Below, piece by piece: positions 8,470 through 18,982 of a stretch of 64,000 nucleotides of DNA. Each line of letters begins with the position of its first letter. Within the stretch, counting starts at the first letter, position 1. The DNA comes from Blastocatellia bacterium (lineage in GTDB: Bacteria > Acidobacteriota > Blastocatellia > UBA7656), in NCBI GenBank assembly GCA_963765495.1, contig CAVXWP010000001.1:1120001-1184000 (forward strand). Reading direction: 5' to 3'. Made by a program: the position numbers and the translations under genes. The notes beneath the pieces were generated by a model. That model made no database searches. It saw nothing but the letters and a program-made list of their open reading frames with translations, and was not told where the DNA came from.

Positions 8470-11118
8470 ATGATTAACAGATCGGTGAAGATGCGAAAGG
8501 CAATGACGATAGCGCTGACGCTGGCCTTTATGGTAAGCGTTTCGGTGCCGGCCTTTGCCGCTGACGGTAAGAAGTATTTCAAGGAAGGCATGAAGTATGC
8601 CGAGAACCGTCAGTGGGACAAGGCCGCCGAAAGGTATGCGCTCGCGGTTGCCGAGAAGCCGGGTAACATCGAATACCAGTTGCATCTTCAGCGTGCCCTC
8701 GTCAATGCCGCGATAATGCTGGTCGAGCGGGGCGACAACTTCGCCGAGCAGAAAGATTACAACGCCGCTTATCTGGCTTACCGTCAGGCTTTCGCCTTCG
8801 ATCAAACAAACGAGCTTGCGCTGGTCAAGATGCGGAGAATGCTGGAAACTCAGGGTCTGCCTACGACAGACCTGCCGAGCGGCAGCGACCCTGCCGGGCC
8901 GAGTTATTCTCCAAACAAAGAAAAGAACGTAGAGGCCATCTACACGCCGACGGTTGCGACCTATAAAGCGGGTTCGCTTCGAGCAGACCTGCCGGGCATC
9001 TCGCCGCGCCGCTTTCCGAAAACCACCGTCATATCCCGAAGCGACAGCCTGCTCTCTTTCATCGAGCAACTGGCTCAGGACATAGGGCTGAACGTTATGT
9101 TCGATCAGCAGGTCTCCAATCAGATGAAGTCTCAGAAACTGAATGTGGACCTGCGAGGTGTGAGCAAGCCGAAGGCGCTGGAGATGATCCTCCAGACCAA
9201 TAACCTTATGTACGCGCAACTCGACACCAAGACCATAGTGATCGCGGTTGACAACCCTCAATCCAGAATGCGCTACGAGCCGCTTGCCGTGCGAACTTTT
9301 TACGTCAAGAACGGCGATATTCAGGAGATGCGCAGCGTGATTACGGCTACGCTTGCCTCAAAGCAGGTAGTTCCGGTCAAACAGCTTAACGCGCTTGTCG
9401 TGCGCGACACACCCACCAATTTGCAATTGATCGAATCGCTTATAGATTCGATGGACAAGGCCAAGGCCGAGGTGTTGATTGATATCAACATCTATGAAGT
9501 GTCAAAAAATGATCTGCTGCAAATCGGCAACCAGTTCAATACCGGGGGGAATTCGGGCCAGCAGGGCGCTCTCTCTCTGGATGCTCTCGGCGGACTCGGT
9601 CAGACGGGATTGGTCGATACCAGCGGATTGGCCCATAAATTCCTGAGCAACGGTCCTCTGGGGCTTGCGCTCGGGCTTCCGCCAAGCTTGATAAGCTTTT
9701 TCCAGGACAAGGGTAAAGCGAAACTGCTTGCGTCCACACAGGTCCATATACTCGATAAAGAGCAGCACACGATAAACATCGGCCAGCGTGTGCCTGTGCA
9801 ATCGGCTTTCATCCCGACCTATTCAACCACGGTCGTAAACCGTCGCGGCAATAATACGGGCACTGTTCCTACCAATCCGAATGACATCACTCAGGGTGTC
9901 AACCCGTTTGGATTTGGCGGCTCGGGCTATCCGCAATTCCAGTATGAAAACGTCGGTCTGAACATAGACATGACGCCCGAGGTTTATGAGAACGAAGTCC
10001 AGATGAAGATGAAGATCGAATCTTCATCGCTCGACCGTAGCACGGGCAATTTCACGCCGTCGTTCAATCAGCGCACGATGTCTTCTGTGGCCCGCATCAA
10101 AGACGGGCAGACGACGCTCGTAGCCGGTGTCAGCCAGACTGAAACGGCGAAGCAGGTAAAAGGAATTCCTCTTATCGGATTGATACCGATTCTGGGACGG
10201 TTCTTTGCTACTCCTTCCACGACCGACCGGCAGAGCGATGTGATCATTACCGTGACACCTCATATACTCCGTCGCGCGGACATAACTGAAATGGACCATC
10301 TGGCCAAAGCCGCCGGTACGCAGGCCGACCCGAGCACACAGTTGACGCTTGAGCAGATTCTATATCTGGCCGATCAAAACGAGGCCGGGGCAAGTCAGGT
10401 GGCCTCAACCGCCGAGCCGCCCAAACCTGTTGTCTCGCCTCCGGTGGAGAATCGCAACGTCAGCACATCGCCTGCGGGCAATACCGGCACGCCGGGCGTG
10501 GTTGTAATGCAACCGACACAGATGACGACGCCTGTCGCTCCGGCTTCGAGTCAGAGTTTTACACCACAGGTCGAGCGTCAGATCGTGGAAAAACCCGGTG
10601 CCACGACTAACAATCCCGTGCTTGATGATGACGACGATGATGACGACGACGATGACGATGACGACGGCAACGGACAGGCCGTTCAAAACAATCAGGCTGT
10701 CCAGCCGATTGAAGTGAGCGTCAGAAGCGCGTCGAACGTGGCGGTAAAGAATCAGGATATATACGCTGCCATAATCGTCAACGGCAATTCCGAGATTTCA
10801 TCCACGACCGTTTCGCTCAGCTACGACGCGAATGTGTTGGAGGTCAAGGGAGTGCGCGACGGCGGATTGCTCAGAGTCGGAGGAGCAAATCCCGATCTTC
10901 AATTCACGGCCGAAGGCGGAGTGTTGAACGTGCAGATGAGCCGTCCGGCAGGCTCCAACGGTGTGCCTGCGCGCGGGCAGTTGCTGTTGATAATATTCAA
11001 GGTGAAGGGACAGGGCACATCGCCTCTGACTCTTAACGAAGGCCAGACGGTCTTTTATTCTGCCAGTGGTCAGATGGTGCCGCTCAGGCTGCAATCTTCG
11101 CAGATCGAGGCAAAGTAA
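8470..11118 (+). CDS. GspD-like secretin with N-terminal TPR-like helices and C-terminal cohesin-like domain
   Basis: Signal peptide (..PAFA/AD); TPR-like helices; secretin motifs GIPLIGLIPILGRFF and VIITVTPHILR; Pro/Thr linker with 14 consecutive Asp; beta-rich C-terminus (LSYDANVLEV..GQLLLIIFKVKGQGTSPL) typical of cohesin domains. Confidence 0.88.
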   Translation: MINRSVKMRKAMTIALTLAFMVSVSVPAFAADGKKYFKEGMKYAENRQWDKAAERYALAVAEKPGNIEYQLHLQRALVNAAIMLVERGDNFAEQKDYNAAYLAYRQAFAFDQTNELALVKMRRMLETQGLPTTDLPSGSDPAGPSYSPNKEKNVEAIYTPTVATYKAGSLRADLPGISPRRFPKTTVISRSDSLLSFIEQLAQDIGLNVMFDQQVSNQMKSQKLNVDLRGVSKPKALEMILQTNNLMYAQLDTKTIVIAVDNPQSRMRYEPLAVRTFYVKNGDIQEMRSVITATLASKQVVPVKQLNALVVRDTPTNLQLIESLIDSMDKAKAEVLIDINIYEVSKNDLLQIGNQFNTGGNSGQQGALSLDALGGLGQTGLVDTSGLAHKFLSNGPLGLALGLPPSLISFFQDKGKAKLLASTQVHILDKEQHTINIGQRVPVQSAFIPTYSTTVVNRRGNNTGTVPTNPNDITQGVNPFGFGGSGYPQFQYENVGLNIDMTPEVYENEVQMKMKIESSSLDRSTGNFTPSFNQRTMSSVARIKDGQTTLVAGVSQTETAKQVKGIPLIGLIPILGRFFATPSTTDRQSDVIITVTPHILRRADITEMDHLAKAAGTQADPSTQLTLEQILYLADQNEAGASQVASTAEPPKPVVSPPVENRNVSTSPAGNTGTPGVVVMQPTQMTTPVAPASSQSFTPQVERQIVEKPGATTNNPVLDDDDDDDDDDDDDDGNGQAVQNNQAVQPIEVSVRSASNVAVKNQDIYAAIIVNGNSEISSTTVSLSYDANVLEVKGVRDGGLLRVGGANPDLQFTAEGGVLNVQMSRPAGSNGVPARGQLLLIIFKVKGQGTSPLTLNEGQTVFYSASGQMVPLRLQSSQIEAK

Positions 11119-11143
11119 TCTGATCCTGGATGTGAGTTTTCAG

Positions 11144-11722
11144 ATGTTTACAAGGGTTCTAACGACCGGCATCCGCCTTGCGGATAAAATGGCGCGAATT
11201 GGCAAAGATCGCTATTCTGTCTGGTCTCGCGTCTTAAAATCCGCGCCGCGAGCATCGTCAGGTTTCACGCTTGTCGAGCTTATAATCGTCATAACGATTC
11301 TTTCGGTCCTGACGGCGGCAGCCGTGCCTATGGTGCGAAACTCCGTCAGACGCGAGCGCGAGATGGAGTTGAGGCTTGCGCTCCGCCAGATACGCCAGGC
11401 CATAGATGCCTACAAGAAATACAACGACGAGACCGGAGGACAGGCGATCCCGATTGAGTGGAGGACGCAGAGCGGGTACCCGAAAGAGCTTAACCTGCTG
11501 GTCGAAGGATTTATCCCTGCAAACGTAGTCGGCGCGAGCGGCAACAAGAAGCGTTTCCTGCGCCGCTTGCCTATTGATCCCGTAACGGGCAGTGACGAGT
11601 GGGGATTGCGCTCATATAAGGACAAACCCGACTCGACCTCCTGGGGAGGCGATGACGTTTTCGATGTCTATTCAAAGAGCGATAAAGAGGCGCTCAACGG
11701 GACCAAGTATCAAGACTGGTAA
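11144..11722 (+). CDS. Prepilin-type N-terminal cleavage/methylation protein (GspG-like pseudopilin)
   Basis: G/FTLVELIIVITILSVL prepilin motif; FLRRLPIDP; start ATG at 11144 or 11189 (ORF track start overlaps the secretin gene). Confidence 0.88.
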   Translation: MFTRVLTTGIRLADKMARIGKDRYSVWSRVLKSAPRASSGFTLVELIIVITILSVLTAAAVPMVRNSVRREREMELRLALRQIRQAIDAYKKYNDETGGQAIPIEWRTQSGYPKELNLLVEGFIPANVVGASGNKKRFLRRLPIDPVTGSDEWGLRSYKDKPDSTSWGGDDVFDVYSKSDKEALNGTKYQDW

Positions 11723-11751
11723 AGGCGGGAAACAGCAAGCGGGAATTTATA

Positions 11752-12174
11752 ATGAAGTATCAGCATCCGACAAAGATAAAGAATTGTAAAAACCGGGCGG
11801 AGCGCGGCTTTACGTTGATCGAACTCGTCATGGTGATGACGATTATCGTGATCCTCGCGGCGGTCGGGGTGGCTTCCTATCAGCAGATTCAGTTGAAGGC
11901 CAGAGAGGAAGTGCTCAAAAAAGACCTGAAAGAGATGCGGATAATGCTCGATCAGTATGCCGCCGACAAAGAAGCGCTCCCGCAGTCGCTTGACGACCTC
12001 GTCTCTGCCGGATATATGCGCGAACTCCCGATTGACCCGATCACCGGACAGTCGGACTGGGTCGTCGAGTCTGGAGAGGATGACGTTTCAATAGAGGGTG
12101 GACAGGGCGTAGTTGATGTTCACAGCAACGCCGCCGGAGAAGGCAGCGACGGGAAATCCTACCGGGAATACTGA
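11752..12174 (+). CDS. GspG-like pseudopilin
   Basis: G/FTLIELVMVMTIIVILAAV; PQSLDDLVSAGYMRELPIDPIT. Confidence 0.9.
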   Translation: MKYQHPTKIKNCKNRAERGFTLIELVMVMTIIVILAAVGVASYQQIQLKAREEVLKKDLKEMRIMLDQYAADKEALPQSLDDLVSAGYMRELPIDPITGQSDWVVESGEDDVSIEGGQGVVDVHSNAAGEGSDGKSYREY

Positions 12175-12182
12175 CCTGATTT

Positions 12183-12269
12183 GTGAAGCGCGATGCGTGA
12201 CTTTCAGGCAATCACCTGTTAAATAAGGTTCTCGCTGGCTTCATAAATCACGGATCACGGAACATGCAT
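12183..12269. repeat. Heptamer-armed hairpin element, GTGA/TCAC family, copy 3 (core subtype B)
   Basis: GTGAAGC-GCGATGC-GTGA left arm; TCACGGA-TCACGGA right arm; core TGACTTTCAGGCAATCACCTGTT. Confidence 0.75.
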
Positions 12270-12279
12270 ATCTGAAAAT

Positions 12280-13215
12280 ATGGCAACAGCTATACAGAAA
12301 TATTTACTGGCTCCGCGCGTGCCTAACATCGCGGCCGGATTTGTTGACAACCAGTTTGCCGTAGTGGATGTCAGGCGCGGGCGTCGCGGCTACTCGCTTG
12401 CCGCCAGCGCAATCACTCAACTGCCGCAAGGGGTGGTGACGGCAAGTTTCGACGAACAAAATATCGATAACCCAGACGAACTTGCCGAGATAATTTTGCA
12501 AACGGCGGAGGCCGCCGGGCTTGGGAACAAGAAGCGATGGTCAATTGCCTTGCCCGAAGGCGTACTGCGTACCTTTGTGGTCACGCTTGAGAGCAAACCC
12601 TCCGGGCGCCGCGAACTGAACGAAGTGCTGGAGTGGAAGATAGAGCGCGTCATCCCCGCGCCTCCTTCCGCATTGCGTATCAGCCGACAGCGATTAACCC
12701 CCCTAAAGGGGCAGGAGCGTTATCTGGTGAGCGCCGGTCGTGAAGATGTGATTTCGCAATACGAATCAATCTTTGACGCGGTACGCTGGCACGCGGGGCT
12801 TATTTTGCCGCGTCATCTGGGCGAGGCGCAGTGGATTATGCTCGATCAAACGCCGGGCGATAAGATGCTAGTATCAGCCAACCACCTTGGCTTTACTGCC
12901 CTGATAGTCAGAAACGGCGAGCCCGCGCTAACCCGCACATACGAATGCGAGCCCGATTCAATCATAGACGAATTGCATCGCTTTGCGCTCTACTATCGCG
13001 ACCGCTTGGGCGATGGAGGCGTTGTCGATCTTTCAGGATTACTGGTGCTTGGCGGCATCAACCTGGCCGAGGCTTTGAGCGCCATCGTTGATGCTACGGA
13101 AAGCGAGCCGCAGCCCATTGATCCGGCGCGGTTCGGATTTGATCTGATCGGCGAGCCTATAGAATTCGATGATCTCGCGGGTGTGGCGGGACTGGCAAGC
13201 ATCGCATATCAGTAA
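12280..13215 (+). CDS. PilM/GspL-like actin-fold assembly protein
   Basis: 311 aa; ALPEGVLRTF, LEWKIERVIP, YESIFDAV..AGLI pattern of PilM-like proteins; cluster context. Confidence 0.7.
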   Translation: MATAIQKYLLAPRVPNIAAGFVDNQFAVVDVRRGRRGYSLAASAITQLPQGVVTASFDEQNIDNPDELAEIILQTAEAAGLGNKKRWSIALPEGVLRTFVVTLESKPSGRRELNEVLEWKIERVIPAPPSALRISRQRLTPLKGQERYLVSAGREDVISQYESIFDAVRWHAGLILPRHLGEAQWIMLDQTPGDKMLVSANHLGFTALIVRNGEPALTRTYECEPDSIIDELHRFALYYRDRLGDGGVVDLSGLLVLGGINLAEALSAIVDATESEPQPIDPARFGFDLIGEPIEFDDLAGVAGLASIAYQ

Positions 13216-16200
13216 TCAGTTGCTCTTTGTTTTGGGTTTGCCTTTCCAGACGCGGACCGAACTCCCGAGCGGGAGCGCGCCCTCCGGCGGGGTCCCGTAA
13301 AGATCTATCCACAGGGCAAATTTCTTCCTGACCACCAGTCCCACCTCTAGCCGCGCCTCGATTGTTTCTCCCGGCGCAAGCAAATTGCCTTCGCTCGTGG
13401 TGAGTGATTGCCGCGCACCCCCGACCGGCTTTGACTTCAGATCGCGAGAGAGCAAAACATTATTGCGGCTCAACTGGGAAACGCGCAGGAAGGGATTCGT
13501 TATGGGTATGTCGCTGTGGTTTTTTATACTCAGGTTGATGACGAGCCGCGACGAACCGCTCGATTGAGTGTTAAACCCGTCGCTTGAAGTGTCGGACCAG
13601 TTCAAATCCACAAGCTCCGAAGAGATAAAAGAAATATCTACCGCGGAGTTGACGTTCGAGCCTACTGAAAACTCTGCCTCGTTGTCTCCGAATACGGCAT
13701 TGCCGCCCACGCCGCGCACGATCACTCGCAATCGCGCGTGATCGGTGGAGATGGCCGGAAGCACGACCATCGATTTCTCGGCATCGCCGGGTATTCCCGT
13801 AGCGATGCGGTTAAAATTCACGCCGCCGTTTGTCGAGAGCCATACCTCGTTTTGAGCCGGTATAAAATTAGCAGTTTTTGTTGTCGTCCATGTCACCAGA
13901 TAGGGGTCGCCCCCGGCCAGTCGTTCGCCGCCTGTCGGGGTCCCCACAAAAACATAAACGAAACCGGCGCGCAAACTCGGCGACATCACATGTTGAGTAT
14001 CGAAGCCGCCTGTTGTGCCTGCACCGTTCGAATCTTCGTAACCCTGCCACGCTCCGGTTCCCGTGGCGTAGCTTGCAATTGTCGCGGGCGCTGCGTCGAG
14101 CGAATCACCTTCCGCATCCTTTGCTTCAACCTTGAGTTGCCAGGCATTTGTCAGATTGTCGTCCTGAGGGATGACCGTGTCGCCTATCCAGGTGTCGTTT
14201 GTGTAGTCGGTCTTTTTCCATCCCCCGACTTCGACCGCATCGGCAAAGCTCGCTTCGTTGATCTGTTCGTTGCGTCCGAGCGTAGCCACAAGCGAAGATG
14301 TGTCCATCGGTTTTGAGAACTTTAACTCCACCCGTAACGGGCTGCCCGGCTCAAGGACCGGGCTTCGAGTGTCAACCTTCAATTGCCTCAACCCGCCCGA
14401 TGCTGCGGTCGGCCTGGCCCAGTTGGCGGAATATACAAGTTTCGAAAAATCGCCGCCGGGCGCTTTCTGATAAGCCTTTACCGATTCCAGAATGGGCGGC
14501 CCTACGGCCCATTCCAGAACGGGCAGAGCGCCCGCCCAGTTTTCGCGGTTTATCGGCTCGATCTCGCTTTCAGGCACATTGAAATTGCAGCAGGCGGGCC
14601 GCATCTCGACCACAATCGGAGCGGCCACGCGATTGACCTCATAGGCGTAATCGCTTGAAGAGCCGGTCGTGACATAGAGATCAAAAGCCCGCTGGGCTTT
14701 GTAACGTACGCCATTTACATTAAAAATATCGTCCGACATACGTTGGGCCATGGGAACGAGCAAAGCCGAATCCGGCGTATTGCCGCGCTGGTAGCCCCAC
14801 GGATAAAGGATCAACTGAGAGAAATTATGGTAATCAATCTCCACGCGGAAGTGGCGATTGGGATCGTCCACAAGCGATTTTATCGCCTTTATTTCCGGCT
14901 CGCTTTCGGCCTTGGGGCCGCGATAAAGCTCATTAACGGGGTCATCGCTCGCCCCACGGTCGTCGTTATAATTCGGGCAGGGGTCGTCTCCTTGCAGCCG
15001 CCACTGAAAAGCATAATTGCGATTAAGATCGACTCCTATGCCGTTGGCGCAGCCGCTCGCAGATACGGGGCGACGGCTCTTGCGCCACATCCTTGTCGCG
15101 TCTATCTGATCGTTTGGCGAACTCTGGCTGTACTCAAGACCATCCGGGTTGACTATAGGCACGATCCATATTTGCAGAGTGTTTACGAGGAGCCTTATTT
15201 TCTCGTCGGTCTCGTACCCGCCGATCAGTTGATTGGCAAAATAGACGGGGGGTTCGACCGATATCCATTCGCGCGCGTGATGGCATCCGGTGATGAGAAC
15301 ATCCGGTTTGCTGGAATCGTCAATCTCGGGGTCTTTTGCGATCTTGAGCGCGAATATCTGGCGGCCTTCAAAGCTCGGCCCCAGATTGACGACTCGCGCA
15401 AGTGTGGGGTGTGCAGCGGCCAGAGCCTTGAATTCCGCGAGCGTCTCTTCGTAGCTGTGGAACTTTCCTTCGGCAAGCGCAAGGTGCACATTGCTCGATT
15501 CTTTAGCGCCCGATCCTTTTGTGTCTGATTCTTTAGCGCGACCATGACCGGGATCGAAAGTCTTGCCGTGGAAAAACCGTGTGACCGTGGCGGCAAATTC
15601 ATCCAGAGTGAAAAAGCCCGCAAGCGTATAGCCTCGCCGCCCGTACTTCTCTTCGATATGCGAATTTATTGAATTATCCGAGCCGTCGGATGGAAAGATG
15701 TCCAGATAAGCGAGGAAAGAATCATTGCTCATCAGGATATTTTCCTGATCGCCGAGCCAGTCGGAGTAGCCCGCCTGAGGCGGCCTTTGTTTAGAGAGAG
15801 AGACGACCGCGATACGGACCTGTGATACCACCTCTTCGGATTGATAGGCGGGCGTGATCGCTTTTGCCAGTTGATCTCCGGTTGCTCGCGCCCGTTGCCA
15901 GTCGGCTATCGAGGGGTAAAGCACTTCGGCGTAGTAGCCTTCGCGGCGCAATCGTTCGATCAGAAAATCGGGCGCGGCGACTACGGTGTCATTGCCCGCC
16001 TTTGACCAGATATTTGCGTCTATCCCGACCGATTGAGCGATACTTAAAATCTCGTCAGCCGGAGCGGGGATACGCGCGACACGCGGGATGGTCTCCCGTT
16101 CGATTAGAGAGCGGCGTACTTTCTGGTACTTTGCCCACGCTTCCCGTCGCAACTCAATGTCAGGAGTCTTGAGCGCCTCTTGCCAGACATCGAGCGCGCC

Positions 16201-16446
16201 CGGCTCGTCCAGTCTGGAAAGAGATTCGAGCGCCTTGCGGAATTCATCCCCGCGCGCGGCAGATAATTCTGCTTTCAGGCGCACCTGTCTTGCGCGCCTG
16301 AGGCCGTCATCAAAAGCCCCGCGTTGTTTTCCCGTATCGGTTTGAGCCGAGACAGTGAGATAAAAACTAAATCCGGCGATCAGCAGCGCCAGGGGAGCTA
16401 GAAAGACCAGCAGCGCAACCAAACGGCGAGGAATGAACTTCTTCAT
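13216..16446 (-). CDS. Secreted multi-domain M14 zinc carboxypeptidase (carboxypeptidase T-like)
   Basis: HHAREW, VNPDG, WRKSR, GVDLNRNY, SEPE, DYHNFSQ, VVEMRP; N-terminal signal/TM segment; long N- and C-terminal extensions. Confidence 0.9.
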   Translation of the reverse strand: MKKFIPRRLVALLVFLAPLALLIAGFSFYLTVSAQTDTGKQRGAFDDGLRRARQVRLKAELSAARGDEFRKALESLSRLDEPGALDVWQEALKTPDIELRREAWAKYQKVRRSLIERETIPRVARIPAPADEILSIAQSVGIDANIWSKAGNDTVVAAPDFLIERLRREGYYAEVLYPSIADWQRARATGDQLAKAITPAYQSEEVVSQVRIAVVSLSKQRPPQAGYSDWLGDQENILMSNDSFLAYLDIFPSDGSDNSINSHIEEKYGRRGYTLAGFFTLDEFAATVTRFFHGKTFDPGHGRAKESDTKGSGAKESSNVHLALAEGKFHSYEETLAEFKALAAAHPTLARVVNLGPSFEGRQIFALKIAKDPEIDDSSKPDVLITGCHHAREWISVEPPVYFANQLIGGYETDEKIRLLVNTLQIWIVPIVNPDGLEYSQSSPNDQIDATRMWRKSRRPVSASGCANGIGVDLNRNYAFQWRLQGDDPCPNYNDDRGASDDPVNELYRGPKAESEPEIKAIKSLVDDPNRHFRVEIDYHNFSQLILYPWGYQRGNTPDSALLVPMAQRMSDDIFNVNGVRYKAQRAFDLYVTTGSSSDYAYEVNRVAAPIVVEMRPACCNFNVPESEIEPINRENWAGALPVLEWAVGPPILESVKAYQKAPGGDFSKLVYSANWARPTAASGGLRQLKVDTRSPVLEPGSPLRVELKFSKPMDTSSLVATLGRNEQINEASFADAVEVGGWKKTDYTNDTWIGDTVIPQDDNLTNAWQLKVEAKDAEGDSLDAAPATIASYATGTGAWQGYEDSNGAGTTGGFDTQHVMSPSLRAGFVYVFVGTPTGGERLAGGDPYLVTWTTTKTANFIPAQNEVWLSTNGGVNFNRIATGIPGDAEKSMVVLPAISTDHARLRVIVRGVGGNAVFGDNEAEFSVGSNVNSAVDISFISSELVDLNWSDTSSDGFNTQSSGSSRLVINLSIKNHSDIPITNPFLRVSQLSRNNVLLSRDLKSKPVGGARQSLTTSEGNLLAPGETIEARLEVGLVVRKKFALWIDLYGTPPEGALPLGSSVRVWKGKPKTKSN

Positions 16447-16522
16447 CAATATCCCCTACAAGTATTTCCCCTACAAGGGTTTATCAAAACCCCGGCGATA
16501 CGTCAAGAATTTTTGAGATTCC

Positions 16523-16551
16523 TTGACAACCGCCCGGCCTTTCGATAACTT
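16523..16551 (+). promoter_or_regulatory. Putative sigma70 promoter for the gap operon (TTGACA-N17-TAACTT)
   Basis: Perfect -35 and a TA---T -10 upstream of the GGAGG RBS of gap. Confidence 0.55.
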
Positions 16552-16622
16552 TTCTTGTTGCTTTTTTAATGATCTCGGCAGCATAGGGACACCACTCTTA
16601 GTAGATTTAGTTTTGGAGGTAA

Positions 16623-17639
<1,017 letters not shown>

Positions 17640-17646
17640 AAACTGA

Positions 17647-17748
17647 TGAAGCGTGATGCATGACGGGTGATTTATCCGGGCTGCAAGTTATCTTTAACAA
17701 GCGGCCTGTCTGAAAATCACCCGTCACGCATCACGCATCACGAGTCAC
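17647..17748. repeat. Heptamer-armed hairpin element, GTGA/TCAC family, copy 4
   Basis: 17647-17673 and 17714-17740 are complementary at 25 of 27 positions; 52-nt core in reverse orientation; between gap and pgk. Confidence 0.9.
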
Positions 17749-17753
17749 TTTCT

Positions 17754-18956
17754 ATGTCCAAGCTTTCAATATCTGATCTGGACCTCAAGGGTCAGCGCGT
17801 CTTTATGCGCGTTGATTTCAACGTGCCTCTGGATGAGGACGGAAACGTCACCGACGACACGCGGATACGGGCGGCGCTGCCAAGCATAAAGTATGCGCTC
17901 GACCACGGCGCGCGGCTGGTGCTTGCCTCTCATCTCGGCAGACCAAAGGGGAAGCCCGACCCTAAATATTCGCTCGCGCCCGCCGCCCGCCGCCTCTCAG
18001 AGTTACTCGGGCGCGAGGTAGAGCTTGCGCCCGATTCCGTTGGGCCGGAAGTCGAAGCTATGGTAAAAGACCTGGGCGAAGGCGACGTGCTGATGCTCGA
18101 AAACGTGCGTTTTCACGCGGGCGAAGAGAAGAACGACCCCGAGTATGCGCGCGGTCTTGCATCGCTCGCCGATCTTTATATCAACGATGCCTTCGGCACT
18201 GCCCATCGCGCTCACGCTTCCACGGAAGGCATAACTCATTTCGTCGAAAAAGCGGCTGCCGGTTTCCTGATGGAGAAGGAGTTGCAATACCTCGGGCAGG
18301 CTCTGGAAACCCCCGAGCGCCCGTTTGTGGTCATTCTCGGCGGAGCCAAGGTGTCGGACAAGATCGCCGTGATCGAAAACCTTTTGAAATCTGCCGACTC
18401 GATTTTGATCGGCGGCGCTATGGCCTATACGTTTCTCAAATCACAGGGGCTTGAGACGGGGCGATCTCTTGTCGAAGATGATAAACTCGATCTCGCCCGC
18501 AGTTTACTCGCCCGCGCAAAAGAGAGCGGCGTCGAGCTTTTGCTGCCGGTAGACAATGTAGTTGTGGATAAAGGCAAATGGGACAGCGACCCGCAATCCG
18601 TAGAGCCGCGCGTCTGTTCTGTGAAAGAGATTCGCCCCGAAGAAGCAGGGTTTGACATTGGCCCCGAGGCCATAAAGCAATTTACCGAAAAGATAGCCGG
18701 AGCAAAGACGGTTGTCTGGAACGGCCCCGTCGGTCTGTTTGAGCGAGAGCCGTTTGACCGGGGTACGAGAGCCGTCGCCGAAGCCGTTGCCTCGACCGAT
18801 GCCACGACGATCATAGGCGGCGGCGACTCTGTAGCGGCAGTGACCGAAGCCGGGGTAGTGGACCGCATCGCGCACGTCTCTACAGGCGGTGGCGCATCGC
18901 TTGAGTTTCTTGCAGGCGAGCGGCTTCCCGGTGTGGCCGCTCTGACCGATAAATAG
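17754..18956 (+). CDS. pgk: Phosphoglycerate kinase
   Basis: [53 protein letters not shown]; true start ATG at 17754 (the ORF-track extension is the repeat element). Confidence 0.99.
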   Translation: MSKLSISDLDLKGQRVFMRVDFNVPLDEDGNVTDDTRIRAALPSIKYALDHGARLVLASHLGRPKGKPDPKYSLAPAARRLSELLGREVELAPDSVGPEVEAMVKDLGEGDVLMLENVRFHAGEEKNDPEYARGLASLADLYINDAFGTAHRAHASTEGITHFVEKAAAGFLMEKELQYLGQALETPERPFVVILGGAKVSDKIAVIENLLKSADSILIGGAMAYTFLKSQGLETGRSLVEDDKLDLARSLLARAKESGVELLLPVDNVVVDKGKWDSDPQSVEPRVCSVKEIRPEEAGFDIGPEAIKQFTEKIAGAKTVVWNGPVGLFEREPFDRGTRAVAEAVASTDATTIIGGGDSVAAVTEAGVVDRIAHVSTGGGASLEFLAGERLPGVAALTDK

Positions 18957-18982
18957 GCCCGATTATTTACGAACCAGAGGAT

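Noticed and set aside
17667-17753. N-terminal extensions containing SRITHH-like peptides (also at 43036-43086, 47093-47170 and 60741-60815)
   Set aside because: These are translations of the stop-free repeat arm; the true starts lie downstream.
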